Shown: positions 46,901-61,624 of the stretch, piece by piece | Position numbering within the stretch: the first letter of the stretch is position 1 | Layout: every line of letters starts with the position of its first letter | NCBI RefSeq assembly: GCF_037042905.1 | Contig: NC_087252.1 | Location: 27,468,001 to 27,532,000, forward strand | DNA from: Lytechinus pictus | Lineage: Eukaryota | Direction of reading: 5' to 3' | Length of the DNA: 64,000 nucleotides | Notes under the pieces: model-generated | What the model saw: the letters and a program-made list of their open reading frames with translations, nothing else | What the model was told of the DNA's origin: nothing | Database searches by the model: none | Position numbers and translations under genes: made by a program

Positions 46901-48469
46901 GCTTAGGAACCTGGGAAAAATTCCACCCCACCTTTTCCCCTCAAACAAAGAAATGCGAAATCGAAAGTAGTCGAACTCCCGAAAAGGTGCTCATTGTAGC
47001 CTGATCACCTGCAAATACGTATTGATTTCCCGCCTACTTTTTTCTTTCTCCACGCTTTTAAAAGTCACAATTCAAACCTGAGTAATTATCTTTTCCTATC
47101 TGGTTGGTGACACAATTAACAAACACGATAATTAACGATTTAATAGCGCCAACGAGCTGAGATCATATGGCATAGAGTATGATGAGTCATTCAAGCGTGC
47201 ATATGCACGTACGGAGAGCGCGCGACCCTATCATAATATACATGAACACGTTGACGCTGTGCTTTCGACTGCGCGCGTTATCAGCGCACACACATGCATA
47301 CTGTACGTACGTACGTACGTACGTACGTAAGGCCGGCCTATGTGGTACAATTTACTGGTCTACAACTGTCGGTACTCGAGGCACAACTGCACAGTAATTT
47401 ACTGATTTTGTCCGTTTTGCATCACGTGATACAGCTTTAACTAGCTCGGTGTTGGAGCACAAGAGCCACTGCACGAAATTTTGACCTGTATGCCTCTAGA
47501 AGATAGCTTCAGAAATGAGAATTTGATCTGTTTTGGCGAACTTTTTATTTTGAGAAATCAGCTCGACTCGTGATCAGCAACGCGTGTGTTGTGTTACGAA
47601 GCAAAACACACCGCCTGAACTGCGGCCGTTTCATTGTTTACGTATCGCTTGCCGCTAGAAAAGGTACGTTACCTCAAATCTCACTTTGTCTTTGAATATA
47701 TAATCCAGATTCCAGGTTATACAAACTGAAAGAACACAATTCGCTTTATGAATGGTAGTTCATCGTTTATGTGGCTTGTTAATTATATCAGTTGCATTTA
47801 ATTTGGAGGCAACGACCTCAACAAAAAAGTCAAACTGAAAGTAGGATTTGGGGATCATCTGAAGTGAAAGAAGGAAATAAACATTTCCGCATTTTATGAT
47901 CAACACAAGATTATACTTTACGTATTTTTACAATGCAAGCTTTCAGACCAAGGGCAACTTCGCTCTTAATTAGGTCAAGTATTGATTTTATGTGTGATGT
48001 AATAGAACTACGCCTTCATCCAGAGCCGTGGACAATTCTTAATAAAGAAAGAGGGATCACAATTACAAAGTGAGCTTGATGACCGGACTTGATGACTATA
48101 AATTAGACAGATAATGATGGTGTAGCATAAACTAGAAGAGTAATTGAATTATACCGTGTTATTAATTAAGATCTTACTGCATCTGTTTAATTTAGGCCTA
48201 CATTGGCCTTTTTGTAATAAAGATAAGTGTATTTAGTGTCAAAGAATTGTGATGATTTTTTATTCAAGGTTGTAGAGTGTAGACCACTTCTGCTTTTCAG
48301 GGGCAAATTTAATTGCAAGATCATTTTAAAAAGCTGTATAGAGATTTTATCATAATACCATTATTACCATCACATCTTGAACAAATATAACCACAATTAT
48401 TTACAGTTAACAACACAATCCTCAATTCTTCTTCACAATAAAACGGTCCCATTATTAGACGGATCAAGA

Positions 48470-49290
48470 CCACCATCATCCCATCATGGCCATCATCACC
48501 AATGTTATCCATGATATCATCATAACCACTATTTTCCTCACCACCTTCACCATTACCATCATCAATACCACCACCACTACAATCATCAACATTTCTGTCA
48601 TCATGACCATCACACAAATATCACCACCACCACCAACACCAGCCCAACACCACATCGTCAAGAAGACCACCATCTTCACTGTTGCATTCACGAGCATCAT
48701 CACTAAATTAAAAAAATGGTTATCATCGTGCCCAATCCAATACCACCATACCTTAACCACTGCCATCATAATCAATACATAGTAAAAATAAGAAAATAAA
48801 AACAACAAAACGCACTTATCCTAGCCCAGTTCAACATGATCATCAATAAAAAAAAAAAACTCTAGAGACATCACATTGTCATCGTTCTTCAAATTGGCAA
48901 CCACAACCATTGTCACCAACACAACTACCATAACTTCAGTGTACGTAACATCTATGTTATCATCGCCACCACCACCGTTATCAACACCACCACCATCATC
49001 ATCTTTCATCATATGCATACCACCACCATCAATACCACCATTACCATCAACATCTGAAATACCACCACAAATGACAACATAACCACCGTCTACAACAGCA
49101 ATGCTATCACCAGCAATACCTCTGAAATGACCCCCTCCGTCACCAGCAGCAATGGCATTACTCCCAACAACAACACCACCCACCATCATCATCATCAGAA
49201 ACATCATCTTCAGTCATCACCATGATCATTATAATCGTCATCATCATCATCATCATAATCATCATCAACATAATCCTCACCACCACCATT
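48470..49290. repeat. Degenerate (CAY/CAC)n low-complexity tract
   Basis: Long runs of catcac/accacc. Confidence 0.9.
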
Positions 49291-50889
49291 GATCCCATTG
49301 GTCATTTCTTAAATGTTAATGAAGTTATAATACCCAAGTTTAATTCATTGTTTCTTACAATGAAATAATACCAATAAATTGTAGTTTTGTGTAGGTCTGC
49401 ATGAAGACTTAAGTGTAAAATATGTTTAGATTTTACTATGACAAATATCAAATAAATCGGCTTCCCGCCTCAAAGGAAAAAAAACCCACCCTTTTTTATT
49501 TTGAAAAAAAGGGTAGAATAGAATTGATTGTGCAATATCATTTACATCGAGCTCAGAACCCTTTACGAACTCGTCTGAATTCTTTCAATTTTCTCAGTAG
49601 ACTGCGGAGTTGGCATACCCTATAAATCAATAAGTGTTGAAAATAAATATTGACTCACTGAACGCATTTCACAATGATTTTCGACTAGGCCTTCTCGTTC
49701 AGAGGCTTACCTAGCAAAACATCACAAAATAACTATAGACCTGTGTACTGAATGAACTTTTCGTTTTAGTATAAAAGTGAGTAAACGAAGTAGGTCTAAT
49801 CTATTTCAAAACATTTTGGCCTACAAAGTAAAATACATGTTCATCGATTCCAGCCCTGCATACAATATTTTGTCAATATAGGTCCTACCTGGAAAGGAAG
49901 GCATTTAGTTTGAAAGCATACTGGTTTCCAGTAACGACTTTTGTAAAGAATCGGTATGATTCTAGGTTCGTTACAGTAATTTATAAAGTGTGCGAATGGA
50001 CAAGTTAGAATATGGAACCTGGCGTTTTCCTTCGGTGACTTGCAAACTTTGCCAATTTATAGACTCGAGGTTCAGATTAGCAATCTAATCGGGGCTGGTG
50101 TATTCTGGTCACAGATAGCACCTGCAGCTATTAAGATAAATGTAGCTACAGGCTCGTTTTGAACTTGATACCGGTCACCGTGTGAATGTGTGTGTATGTG
50201 AGGGGGATGTCTGGCAGTCTACCTTCGGACATGTTTACATCCGCAAATCGGACCCTCTGTCATTACCTGAGCTGAGGAAGAACGATATTTGAAAACTTTC
50301 TGTAGAAAACTATTAGGGCCTATAATATTTGAAAACTTTCTGCAGACTCTCCACCATTTTTCCAGTGACCACCTCATCGCTTACAAAACCGTCCGGGATA
50401 ACCCGAAACGGGGCCCGTGTTGTAAAAACGGCGACGAATGCGAGGAAAAATCAATTTGCATAGAGCTCCTGGCACAATAGCGATCATTGTTCAATCCCGT
50501 TGGTCCCCGTACATCGCAATAAGGGTCACGGAAAGGTTTACTCCCAGGTACCGGTTTCACTGGAAAACTTTTCTCTTCCCCTCTCTACCCACCCCTGTCT
50601 TCCCCTATTTCTCCCTCTCTCTCATCGCGTCGGCCGAACTCGCGTCGTTTGCAAGGGAGCTACAGGTTCTGTGTGGACGATTTTCTCAAGTTGGGAGCTT
50701 TTTTTTCTCGTCCTGGAATGTGTAACAAAAAAAAAAAACCTTAGAAATTGTTCGTGGACATCTGCAAGCTTTTCTGGCTGAGGCTTGACAGACATCTAAT
50801 TCTTGATACTGCTTGAACGAGTTGATTTTGAACGTAGCATTTGTCAGTCGTAGTCGGTCTCGAGGCCATATTCGGCTATAGGCGATGTG

Positions 50890-51049
50890 GGGCGGCGTTT
50901 CATCAACATTTTTGTCCGACAAGTTGTCAGATCTGACATCTTTCCTTGATTTTGATTGGCAAAGCCGCACTGTTACTATGGTAACTGTCTGATATAATGG
51001 GACTTGTCGGATAAAACGTCCGACAAGTCCTTTCATGAAACGCTCCCCT
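50890..51049. mobile_element. Short Harbinger-like MITE; relatives near 23015-23192, 28197-28352, 44688-44836 and 63398-63650
   Basis: ggggc..gtttcat...atgaaac..ccc ends with a central gattgg/gttac.atgg motif. Confidence 0.6.
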
Positions 51050-53821
51050 GTTTCTCCAGCGGCCTCAGCTTTACCAAGGAGCTTCCTTGGCTTTACTAGG
51101 ACCTCTGGGCCTCGAATCCAGGCCCTGCTGTCAGGTGAAAACGAAAACAAAAACAAAACAAAACCAATAGATCAAGGTCTATATCTATATATATTGCCTG
51201 TCTCACATTAAGGCGGTTCATATTATAATTGGCCACAGTCAAGTTTTTTTTTTTTTGGCACCATGAAGACATCTACCTGCATATACTCACGTGCATACCT
51301 CTGTGACCTCTTCTATATTACCATGATCACGGAAGGGGGGTCTCAGACTGTAATTATGGAAGAAAGGGAAATCCCGATCTCCGATTTATCTCGTGACTCA
51401 TCGACACCCCCTTGGCAAAAGGTCAATTGCGTAAGAATGATAACCTATCAAGCTGTTCTGATTCAATTCGTAATTTTCCCCTTTGAATTACCTTTCCCGA
51501 GTGTCTCGTGTAGAATGTATTGACAATCCACATGTACTATGTATGCATAGGTCTAAATTCGTCCAGAGAGGGAGAGAGAGAGGGGAGGGGGGGGGGGGTA
51601 ACTTGATCTTGACAGTCTACCTGTAACAATACATAATGATAAACATGAATTAAAAAAAAGGTCTTCACTGTCCTACACTGTCGAACGTTATAAATTCTTA
51701 TTTGAATTACTTATTACTTTATATGCCTGCATGACTGCATCACCGATTTATGCTTGATATAGGCCTATATATAGGCCTACACGTACCTCCGTGGTAGAAA
51801 TTAGGGTAGGCATGTATACTATATGGAGGTAGAAGGAAAATGTATAGTGCTATTCACATAGACACTAAGGCTTAAACTCCCTTGAAATAAACTGCAGTGT
51901 TTGCTTGCACTTGAAAAGAGAATAATCGCGATAAAAATATTCTTTGGGACGCAATGTTGGGTCGATTGTACACAATGATTGTGTACGTTTGAATGGTTGA
52001 CAAACTCAAGTACGTTTTGATTTGGAGAGCGAAACTTTACGACAGTGCTATTTAGGCCAGGTCACCGTGAACGGACATCCGAATACTAGTCTCGGTCGAA
52101 AACCAAAATTTCCTCTTTTGAATTGTTATTTTGCAAACAGAAAACTATATGTTTGTTCTAACTACTCTGTGAGAGAATTAATAACATCGAAAGAAATTCA
52201 TACTTTGAAAAAAAAAAAACTTTATGGAGCTGTAAAATTATGCTTCTTATGCAATCCTAGTTGCTCTTTTGTGCTTCGTTGATGAAAAGTTCAACAATAA
52301 TGATGGTGAGGATATTTTTTTAAAGATAGATCTTTGTCCAACTTTCTCGAGTGGGAATTCACATGCCAGCCTATCGATATCGAAGAAAATTGACTTGAAA
52401 CGTCAGGTAAAGTGGCATGACCATCAAAATGCTTTGTCAGATATCATTCTTTACAAGTATAGAAAGGAATGATGAATTGGGGAAGAGAGGCCTATATTCG
52501 CTCATCACAAAGGCCCAATGTATTCGTCCGAAAAGTTTAGCCATTGATGATAGTTATGATCAGCGAAAAGTTTCGTTTGGTATAATTATTATCATGGAGC
52601 TACAAGCAGATAGTAGCTCCATGAAATTACGTAGGCGTTGCATGGTTCTAGTATAATATTTAGTTTGCTAAACTTGCCATCCAAACCCTTGATATTGATT
52701 GTGCTTTGTTACGAAGCCGAGCTTCTTTCCCCCGATCAATTTATACCATTTGAAATAAAATCATAGAGGTATTACTTGATTTCTAACCAATTCAAATCGT
52801 GCATTTCTTGAGAGGAATGGTCCATCCAGGTGAAGCAAATGATCTTTGGATCATTGCAATGAGCTTCAAACAGAGCTCCATGGATCTTCGCATTGGTCCG
52901 CTCGTGTCGCTGATAAGGTGACCCATCCCCCGAGGGGGTTAGTGGTCACCTCAGTTGACCGCTACTCGACCGTACCTCCCCTCATGAGGTCACGGCCGCA
53001 CTCAGCACAGTTGAAAAGAGAGAGGGAGGGAGAGATAGGTGGGGGATATGGGGGGGGGGGGGGAGGTATAGGTTTATTGAGAAAATGCAAGACGGGAGAG
53101 GGAGGTAGACTCGTTGCATGGCGAGGTTATGATTTTGAAGAAGCAGTTGCACTGTGGCTGATAATATGCTTGTGGAATTATTTTATTTCAGACATACGGG
53201 TACACTTAACGACATAAGATAAAAGATAGATAAGAAACATAGTTCGCAAGAATATCGCAACACATCAAGGCTAAAGCTTTAATATTATACGGAACTACGT
53301 ACATGTACATGTATTTTATTAATCTCTATTATCCGCCTGCAATCTGTTGCGTGAAAGCCTTCGTTTTAGTAGTACTTGAAATAATGAGCTTTCTCACGTC
53401 ATTACGCGTTCACTTTGTCCTCTTTGCCATAGGCCTATTAATAGCCTATACATAGCATAATCACTGTCTTGCTGTTAATTATTTTGTAACAATGTACATG
53501 TAGCACATATGGAAGGCTGCATCAATATACTGCATGTAAATGAGTTCAGGAAATCTGCTCGACAAAACAATCACTGTGTCACCTGCAAGTATACAGATTG
53601 ATGTTTTTTTTTCTGCTGAGAAATAGTGTGAATGAGTTTCATCCATACATTGTATGCTTGCCTTTGCTGAAAAAAAAGAAAAAGAAAATACATGTAGTAG
53701 ACTAGTAGGCCTTATTGGTGGTTGAATAAAATCTGACAGAGGCTTTAAATATACTTTAATTATATCCACTGACTTGTCACGTGCAATACAGATTGATGTT
53801 TTACTGCTGAGTGTGAGTTTC

Positions 53822-54529
53822 AATCAGGGTACTAATGGATAATTCGTTTTTCATTCCCGATCATCGCAGAGCAAAAACGGAAATCAACCTCATGGTTCGG
53901 TCTTTGAAAACACAAAAACGAAATCACAACGAGAAAAACCTGTTGTGATTTCGTTTTTGGAGATAAAAAACAGAAGAATGAAATCAGAAATAGTTTTGGG
54001 CTCATTCTGATTTCTCATTCTATACTTGTGTTTGTTATATATCAAAAACAAAATCAGAACACGCTTTCCGCTCCGTGATTCTGTTTGGAAAAACGCAGAC
54101 AGCGAAAACGAAATCGGAAACTTGCTTTCCACTTCCTGCTCTGTGAAGGTCCGAAAAGAAAGTCTGCCCCCCCCCTGACGAGCTACCACCCATGCAAAGG
54201 ACGTATCCCTGCCCCCCCCCCCGACGAAAATCCTGGAAAATCCTAGTGCTGTCTGCGTTTTTCCAAACAGAATCACGGAGCGGAAAGCGTGTTCTGATTT
54301 TGTTTTTGATATATAACAAACACAAGTATAGAATGAGAAATCAGAAAGAGCCCTAAAGTATTTCTGATATCATTCTTCTGTTTTTGATCTCCAAAAACGA
54401 AATCACAACAGGTTTTTCTCGTTGTGATTTCGTTTTTGTGTATTCAAAGACCGAACCATGAGGTTGATTTCCGTTTTTGCTCTGCGATGATCGGGAATGA
54501 AAAACGAATTATCCATTAGTACCCTGATT
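53822..54529. mobile_element. Foldback element with about 280-bp inverted arms
   Basis: 53822-54103 is the near-perfect reverse complement of 54248-54529; AGTTTC on both flanks. Confidence 0.88.
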
Positions 54530-57348
54530 AGTTTCCTCCATACATGTATGTAGGTCTTTACTGAAAAAATGGCAGGGATATTACTGGCGTAAACGCTGAA
54601 AGAGATTTTAAATATACTTTTTATATCCACTCACAATTCCCTGAATGAACTTTCGGTGTGTGCTAATTTCCACTGGAAACAGTTTCCCCGACGTCTAGAC
54701 AAGATGGGGAAGTCGTAAAGAAAGCCGCAGCAAGTGCATTGTTCATTTATCTCCAGCACGTGGTCAAAAACCAAGGGTGGGTTTGGCGGTGAGGCGAGGA
54801 AGGGAGGGGGGGGGGTCAGGGGTGGGGGATTTTTTTTCTACGATTGATTACTGTACATGTACATTGATTATTGTGTTTTCATGGTTGATCAGCCCCCACG
54901 ATCAATCTAAGCATAGGCCTACATAATCCTCACTTTTTTGGTGGAAGGCGAATTGCAGTTTTTTAACATCACAATAAGAAAAAAAAAAACTCCTAAATAT
55001 AATATAGCCCATTGGGTTTCTTTTCCTCTGGCATGCAAGGCGGCAAGATTCAGAAATCGAATGCTCGCATATCCAAAACGGGAAATCGTAGCTCTACACA
55101 GTACTATTCTTTAAGTTTTAAAGTGGAGTATTGAGTCATGTTCCCATTGTTCAATATGATTCAATAAAGAATATTGATGTTTCATTCTTGTATGTTTGTT
55201 TTTATTGGGTGTGAGTTTGTTTGTTTGTTAATCTCATGCCGGAAAGTTTTTTGATATTGCATGTAGTTGCTGCCCTAAGAAAAGGAGTTCAGCTGGCAAT
55301 GCGCCATGTCGGAAACGGCGTCGGAGACTGCAAACATATCGGAGGCAATTCGAAACAAATCAGGGGAAATTCTGCGTCCTCCTGCAACGATCAAAACTCC
55401 CCAGACGAGAGCGGAACAAATAAAGCTGCGTTTTATTCGCGCGGGACAAATCGGGGAGATTGATTGCGATTGCCAAGTTTATCCGTTTATCAAATTTATT
55501 GCGCGGTAATAACGGCGATTTGTTTCTCCCGTTAACTTTCGTGATTCATTCAATATTCGGCACCTCAAACAGATCTTCTTTAAAGGTGTATGGAGATGAA
55601 AAAGCAGATCAAATGTGATTTATTATACAAATGCCTCGTGAAATTACTGACGTATATAGATAGCAAGATGTTCTTTCTTCAATGTTGACCTGCTTGAGAT
55701 CGTGTGCTTACATGTATATGTCACGGGCTATCATTTACATGTATTCTATCATTCAACGTGGTGTTTTTCGCCCTATTTTGATTTCTTCTTTTCAATCTGA
55801 GGATTTGCATTTTTATTTTCATGAAGTAGCATTTCTATTCTGTTATTATTTATTTATAAAATATGATTTATTATCTATTTATTCATAGTATTGATTTTCT
55901 TGGGGAAATCTATAATGTGTGCGCGTGCGTGTATGAGTTTGTGGGTGGCAGGCCTGGTGGGTGGGGGCGTGGCTAGTGGGTGCTTGCAGATGAACATAAA
56001 CATGATAAAGAGAAGATCTGCATGTAGGCGAGAAAGTTACCAATGTAAAGACTCGAATTTAATTTCCGAAATAATCGTATTACTAATTCATATAAATTCA
56101 TACGTATCATTTTAAGTCGGCTGCGAGCGAAGAGAACGACACCTTAAAATGAAAATAATAATTTTGTCTTTTTTTTTTTTGACCCTCTGTTCCTATTTTT
56201 TTTAAATTATTATACTACATCAGTTTGGTCTTTTTGAACGCAACATGTAAATCCATTTGAAGAGGTACATTTACTAGTAATATACAATAACATGTAGGCT
56301 TATCTATGTGTATGCTGTCGTGACTATTTTTGATCGACATTGGTTTTCAATATCAGCTGCAGAAGATGTCTTTGTCGTATTCTGTAAATATTTGGCATGT
56401 TTCCATTACTCATTTTTGTCACGATGAGTTAGAAATGTACTTGATGTACATGTACGAAACCCAATGCTTTCGCGTGTAAAGAAAAACCATCCTCTCACAA
56501 CGAATTCAAGTATTTTGATAATGATATTTCCGTTTTAATGAAATTCGATCTTTTTGTTTTAGATGTGAAGGTTTTGAAAGCAGACTGAACAAGAACCACG
56601 GGAAATACTTGTTCAGAAGTGGTAAACAATAAAGAAATTGATAAAACACAATGCGGAAACGATATCGCTCTGATCCGATTACAAGTAAAAAAAGCTTTGC
56701 ATTTCCAGAAAATGAAATTATATCCTGTGCACGGTAAAACGCTATTTGAAATTTTATACATTACTGTAAATATTACAGTAGTATTTTACAGTTTAAATCG
56801 CTATTTGATAAACTTATTAAGGGTTAATATCAAACTTTGTTGTTACGATTTTTAAATGAAACATCAAATATCATTATTCTCAATAGAGTTATTGAACAGT
56901 GGGGATATTTCTGGGAATACTCCACTTTAAGACATGAAAAAAAAAACATAAGGGGGGGGGGGGGGGCTCAATTAATTCTTGGTAGTACTGTGTAGAGCTG
57001 TATACGATTTCCCGTTTTTTGCGAGCCTTCGGTTTCTGAAAACCGAAAAAAAAAACATGTTAAACAACTCCAGTAGCTAAAATGCATGTGGTAAACGGCG
57101 TTTCATAAAGATTTTAAACAACAATTTTACTGTGTAAGTCTTTATTAACCGATGCCTATACAGATTGTATACCTGTGCGTTAGGGTGTACATATACCAAA
57201 TAGATATATTTTGTATTAATTATTTTTAATGGATATTTATTTTCATTTAACATTGATCTTTCATAATATACATTATGTATGAATTCATTAGTTTAGAACA
57301 TGTTAATTTCTCGTTTTTATTATGGTAATAAACGTGCATTATGTTCGC

Positions 57349-57731
57349 TTAAAGTGATTGGTTAACATTGGTTTGACTTTTAAAAAATCTGAGCTAGGTC
57401 ACACTTGTCACCTGTGTGACTGTGATATGTTACAAAAAATGAAGCCCAGAAAAAAATGCGTTCGAAAATAAATTAGTGCTTCAAAAATTGAAATATAAAG
57501 TGACCGAAAACACCATCTTAATTTCATCCCATACACTTATGTGTACTATTTAGGCGTCTATAAGACGCCTATTTACAAAATCGGGGTTTGCCTTGTAGTT
57601 TTAGCTTTTCATTCTCAATAATGGTTGTTTTCAGGGTTTATTAGTTCTAATACATGCACTTGTACACATGTTTCATCTTGGTTTGAGAACTTTTTAAATC
57701 GGCTGCTCACAAAGTTAAACAATACATTTAA
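57349..57731. mobile_element. TTAA-flanked MITE
   Basis: TTAA at both ends; imperfect subterminal inverted repeat cattggtttgactt / aaagttaaacaata. Confidence 0.5.
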
Positions 57732-58507
57732 GCCCTGCTTAAGGCATATCATTATCTATGTTTTGATTTAGTGCCTTTAAATTCGTGTAAATAAAGTTCA
57801 CCTTTAATCGGATTGCCATTTCGGATTCCGATTGCTCTTTTATCGAAGTCAAATATGTGTTCTTACCCCTTTTGGAGGGGTTTAATCTATCCTGTCCTCT
57901 TTTTTTGCTACACGGCTTGCTACTGTAATTTATCTAACGGTGGCATGGGAGAGGTGACTCAGCACACGAAATAATAAGACCGTTGATTCTTAGAATTTCT
58001 TATCAGTAATGTTGGAAAATATTTAAACATGAGCTATTGCCGTATACGGATTTTTTTTCCTCCGGAGAGGGGGAGGCATAATTCATGACATTTTTTTGGA
58101 GGGAAGAAAATAAAAAAGTGAGAGAGCGAAGCGGCCAAACGGTTGTCTTCGGGGCACTTTTGTATTTTCTAAAGTGAAATTGAAGAATATCATGCACACT
58201 TTATGTTGCGTTTGTGAAAGTTTTCAGTAAAAAATGTAAGTTTCCAAAATGTCTGGGGGCGGGGCAACTGCCCCATGTCCCATATGTTAATATGGTCATG
58301 CGTGAACACAAACAGGCATAACGCTCATTTGAATGACAAGGGCATATATCACATGGACTGTATATAAAGATGGGCGATTGACGAAGAAAGATATTCGGCG
58401 CCCCTTTGGCCTTCCGTATTCCACGAACAGAGCGCGCCCCTTCCCAAATCAATAAACATGTCAGATGCATACTGTACACGCCATAAGCTCAAACAATGCC
58501 ATATTAA

Positions 58508-58902
58508 AGAGAAATTCCAGTAGTTGCAGTAAACACTGATTTCATGAGAAAGTCTGTAAAACCAGGCTTAATTGTCAGTATATCATCGAGGATCTAGATC
58601 TGGTACAGTTACATAAACTGAACTTTGTGAAATTTTGAAATCTACGCTGAAAAATGTTCAGACTGAACTTCCCCAACACAGATAAGCGCACGTGGGACAG
58701 TGAATAATTATTGCTTTGAGCGTCGGACCCGACGCTCTACCCGAATCCTGTGCTTATTTGCTGATTTCTCAGCAATTACACAATTTCTTCCAGAATCCTT
58801 TGGCACATGCGTTTTATTTATACAAACAGACACTTTGGTGGTCATTTCATTGGATTCTGTACGAACTCATTTTGATATCGTTACCAAAACTAGCATTTAC
58901 CT
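58508..58902. mobile_element. Family B copy
   Basis: Near-identical to 1469-1863. Confidence 0.85.
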
Positions 58903-58949
58903 TTAAGAACATGGAGCCTAGTTCAACATACTTTTCAACTGAATCCTAT

Positions 58950-61560
58950 TTTGTTAAAAGCAGTCCAGAACTAGACTGCGCCACGATATGATGTCGGCCT
59001 GTACTCTGATACGATTGAGCTTGGTGGTATCATCAACAAACATTGTGACGTCATCAATATGTGTGACGACAAAGGTAACCGGGTTACCTGAAAATGTTGG
59101 GGTGTGGCTTGGTTTGAACAACATACAAGGTAAATATTCCAGGCTGTTTCTGTCTGGATATCCTGCCCAGGGTACGTGGCCTTCAACATGTTTCACATTA
59201 CGCCCCCGTTCATGTTTCTTTGCATTTTTTTTGGAAGTGTATGACACTGGACCGAGTTCAGAGTTCAGAATACGGACCATCAATAAAAGGAGCGTAGGGA
59301 GAGAGAGAGAGAGAGTAGATAGGAAGGGAGGGGGGGGGGGGGTGAGGGGAGATAAGAGGAAGGGGGCACAAGTAGACACGTCAATTTCATTACCGTTCAC
59401 ACCAAACTACAGTCTTAGGAAATGGTCAAATTAAGGTCAGCTGAAGTCAAAATGATAATGAATATACATGTACATGTACCTTTTTCGTGTAAAAAAAAAA
59501 AAATAATAATAACAAGAATTATCCACGTTGCCCAAATTAGTTTCAGTTTCGATATCAGATTGAAATGTAACCTGAGTAATTCTACATGTTCGTCACAGTC
59601 ACGACAGTGTGCACGCTTTTTTCGACCTGCCAGCATGACTCTGGCATATTACTATGTCAGGCATGCCGAAGAGTGGTATAGAAGATTGTCTACAAACATT
59701 GTTGGGAAACATCCATGCTCCTATATAGTTTGTGCATCTGATCCATTGATGTCTGCATGAAGCACCTATCAAGTTCGCCAGCCTGAGTAATGAGTTCTTG
59801 TCTGGAGGAGAACAAGACACTCATGCAAAATCGATGGCACATGATATTGTTTTTTGTCACGTTCTCTTTCAAAGGTACATTGTATGCTTCACGTGAAAGT
59901 CACATTTTGTCAAATTTCCTGGGGTGGATCATACATGTAGTTGTTCCCTGACTCCATAATTGTGAAAAGAGTTGAAAATAGATTTAGGTCTTTTTTCCAT
60001 GAACGGTTCTTGAATCAGACGTGTTAGCATACTGTACAGCGTGTAAAATGATATATCCATGCTCTGGCCTCATTTTGTCATTATTGCGTTGCTATAGTCC
60101 TCAAATTAAAGATTGTAAAGAACCATCGGAATTCTGACGTATGCATTTTAGTTTGCCATGACCATTCAACTCATTGTAGCCTGGCTTGGCCTTTACTTTC
60201 GGTCTTCACCTTTCACAGTATCTGGTATATCCTTTTCTTTAGCTGTATTTGGAGAGTTTTCCCTACTTCTGCTGCATTAGCTAGGCCTTCACTTTCAGGG
60301 ACGCTGACTTTTTCCCGAATCGATGACCTGCGAATGTTCCGTATATCAAATCCATTGTTACATATATGCAGTTGTCCTACCGTAACACAAACTGAATACA
60401 ATATGTAGGCGGTGGTTTGATGTGCTTAGTGTCATCATTGAGTCTCTTCCTGCAGACTAGGGCTGTCCTACCCTTGAACTTGCTCGTGCGAAGACAGTGG
60501 TACCGCCGGGGACCAGGAACTTCGAAGAAAGACCTGACATCTACATGTACGCACAGTGTTGTGGAATGTCGTTTCCCAAGATCCGGCTACCAGAGCTATC
60601 ACGGAAGGTCAATGTTTTATTTTCTTGATGAACTTGAAAGTGCAACCATGTGTGCTCTCTGTTGAGCATGAGCTCGAGCGATTGTCGAGTTTAAGCCAAC
60701 ATTTATGTCAGATACAATGAATGGCTCTTGCGTTAGATTATGTTTCTCGCTTGTGTAAAATGAGCGTAAATCATGCCAGCTTTACTTTGTTAAAACCCAA
60801 TCGTTGTTATTGTATTTCTTCATTTGTTATTTTTGAAATGGTTGAATAGTGTAGGGGGTCTCATTTTAACGCTCTTTTCTCTAAAATGAAGTCACATCAG
60901 TTCAGTAACCGCAAGTTTGCAAGTGTGTGCCCTCGTTCTTTATAAATGAATACCTCTCCCTCTCACGTCCCTGATTTAAGTGTATTGGTGGTGGTGATTT
61001 TTTTACCTGATTGCTAAGAAAGCATGAATGCTTGTAAGCAAGCATCCAGAGGACCGACGGCTTAAGGTCCTCTCCGAAGGACCTGGTACTGAGGATTAAT
61101 GCCTTACCAAAGGGCACTAGCGCACCAAGTGGGAATCGAACCCGGGTCACCGGAATACGAAACCCCCGCTCTACCGACTGAGCTATCGCGCCTCCCTGTG
61201 TGTATCTTCAGTGTGTATCTTCAGGGTATTATAAGTAAGCAATTAATTTCGATAGCTGACTTCCCGAAAATCATGACAATCAGACAATCCTCGCTGCTTG
61301 ACCTCACCCTGCATGTTGAAGTAATTGATCTATTCCATCCCGAATTTCAAAAGTCACTTACACTCCCATGGGCATACTCAAGAGTGGGTTTTCTCCGAAT
61401 CCGCCTTCACCCTCTTGTTCCTGCATGGATTTATTCCAAGTTCAAGGAACTCCCCATTACATGTACGTTTCGATGCCCATTACTGGCGCCTTGAGTTCTT
61501 TCTGGGGAATCTTGAATAAAAAATCTATGCAGACCTATACATTATAAGAAACCACCAGAC
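58950..61560 (-). pseudogene. Highly decayed CR1/L2-like LINE ORF2
   Basis: Traces in the expected order on the minus strand: VMGxF-like (about 61460), HG-like (about 59715), GHVP (GVPQG-like, about 59175) and MFVDDTTKL (about 59035). Heavily mutated. Confidence 0.4.
60985..61196 (-). mobile_element. tRNA-derived SINE (V-SINE-like body)
   Basis: Box A tagctcagtcggtaga, box B ggttcgattccc, body aggaccttaagccgtcggtcc, (cac)n tail. Confidence 0.78.
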
Positions 61561-61624
61561 CTTCGTCTCTGTTGAGGACTGTGAAGTGGATCTTCGCCTG
61601 AAGGTTGAGGTTCCTTTTTTATCA

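Noticed and set aside
48321..49207. Thr/Ile/Met/Gly-rich ORFs
   Set aside because: Artefacts of CAC/CAT low-complexity sequence; no splice or domain support.
50686..51156. 156-aa ORF
   Set aside because: Runs through a MITE; no recognisable domain.
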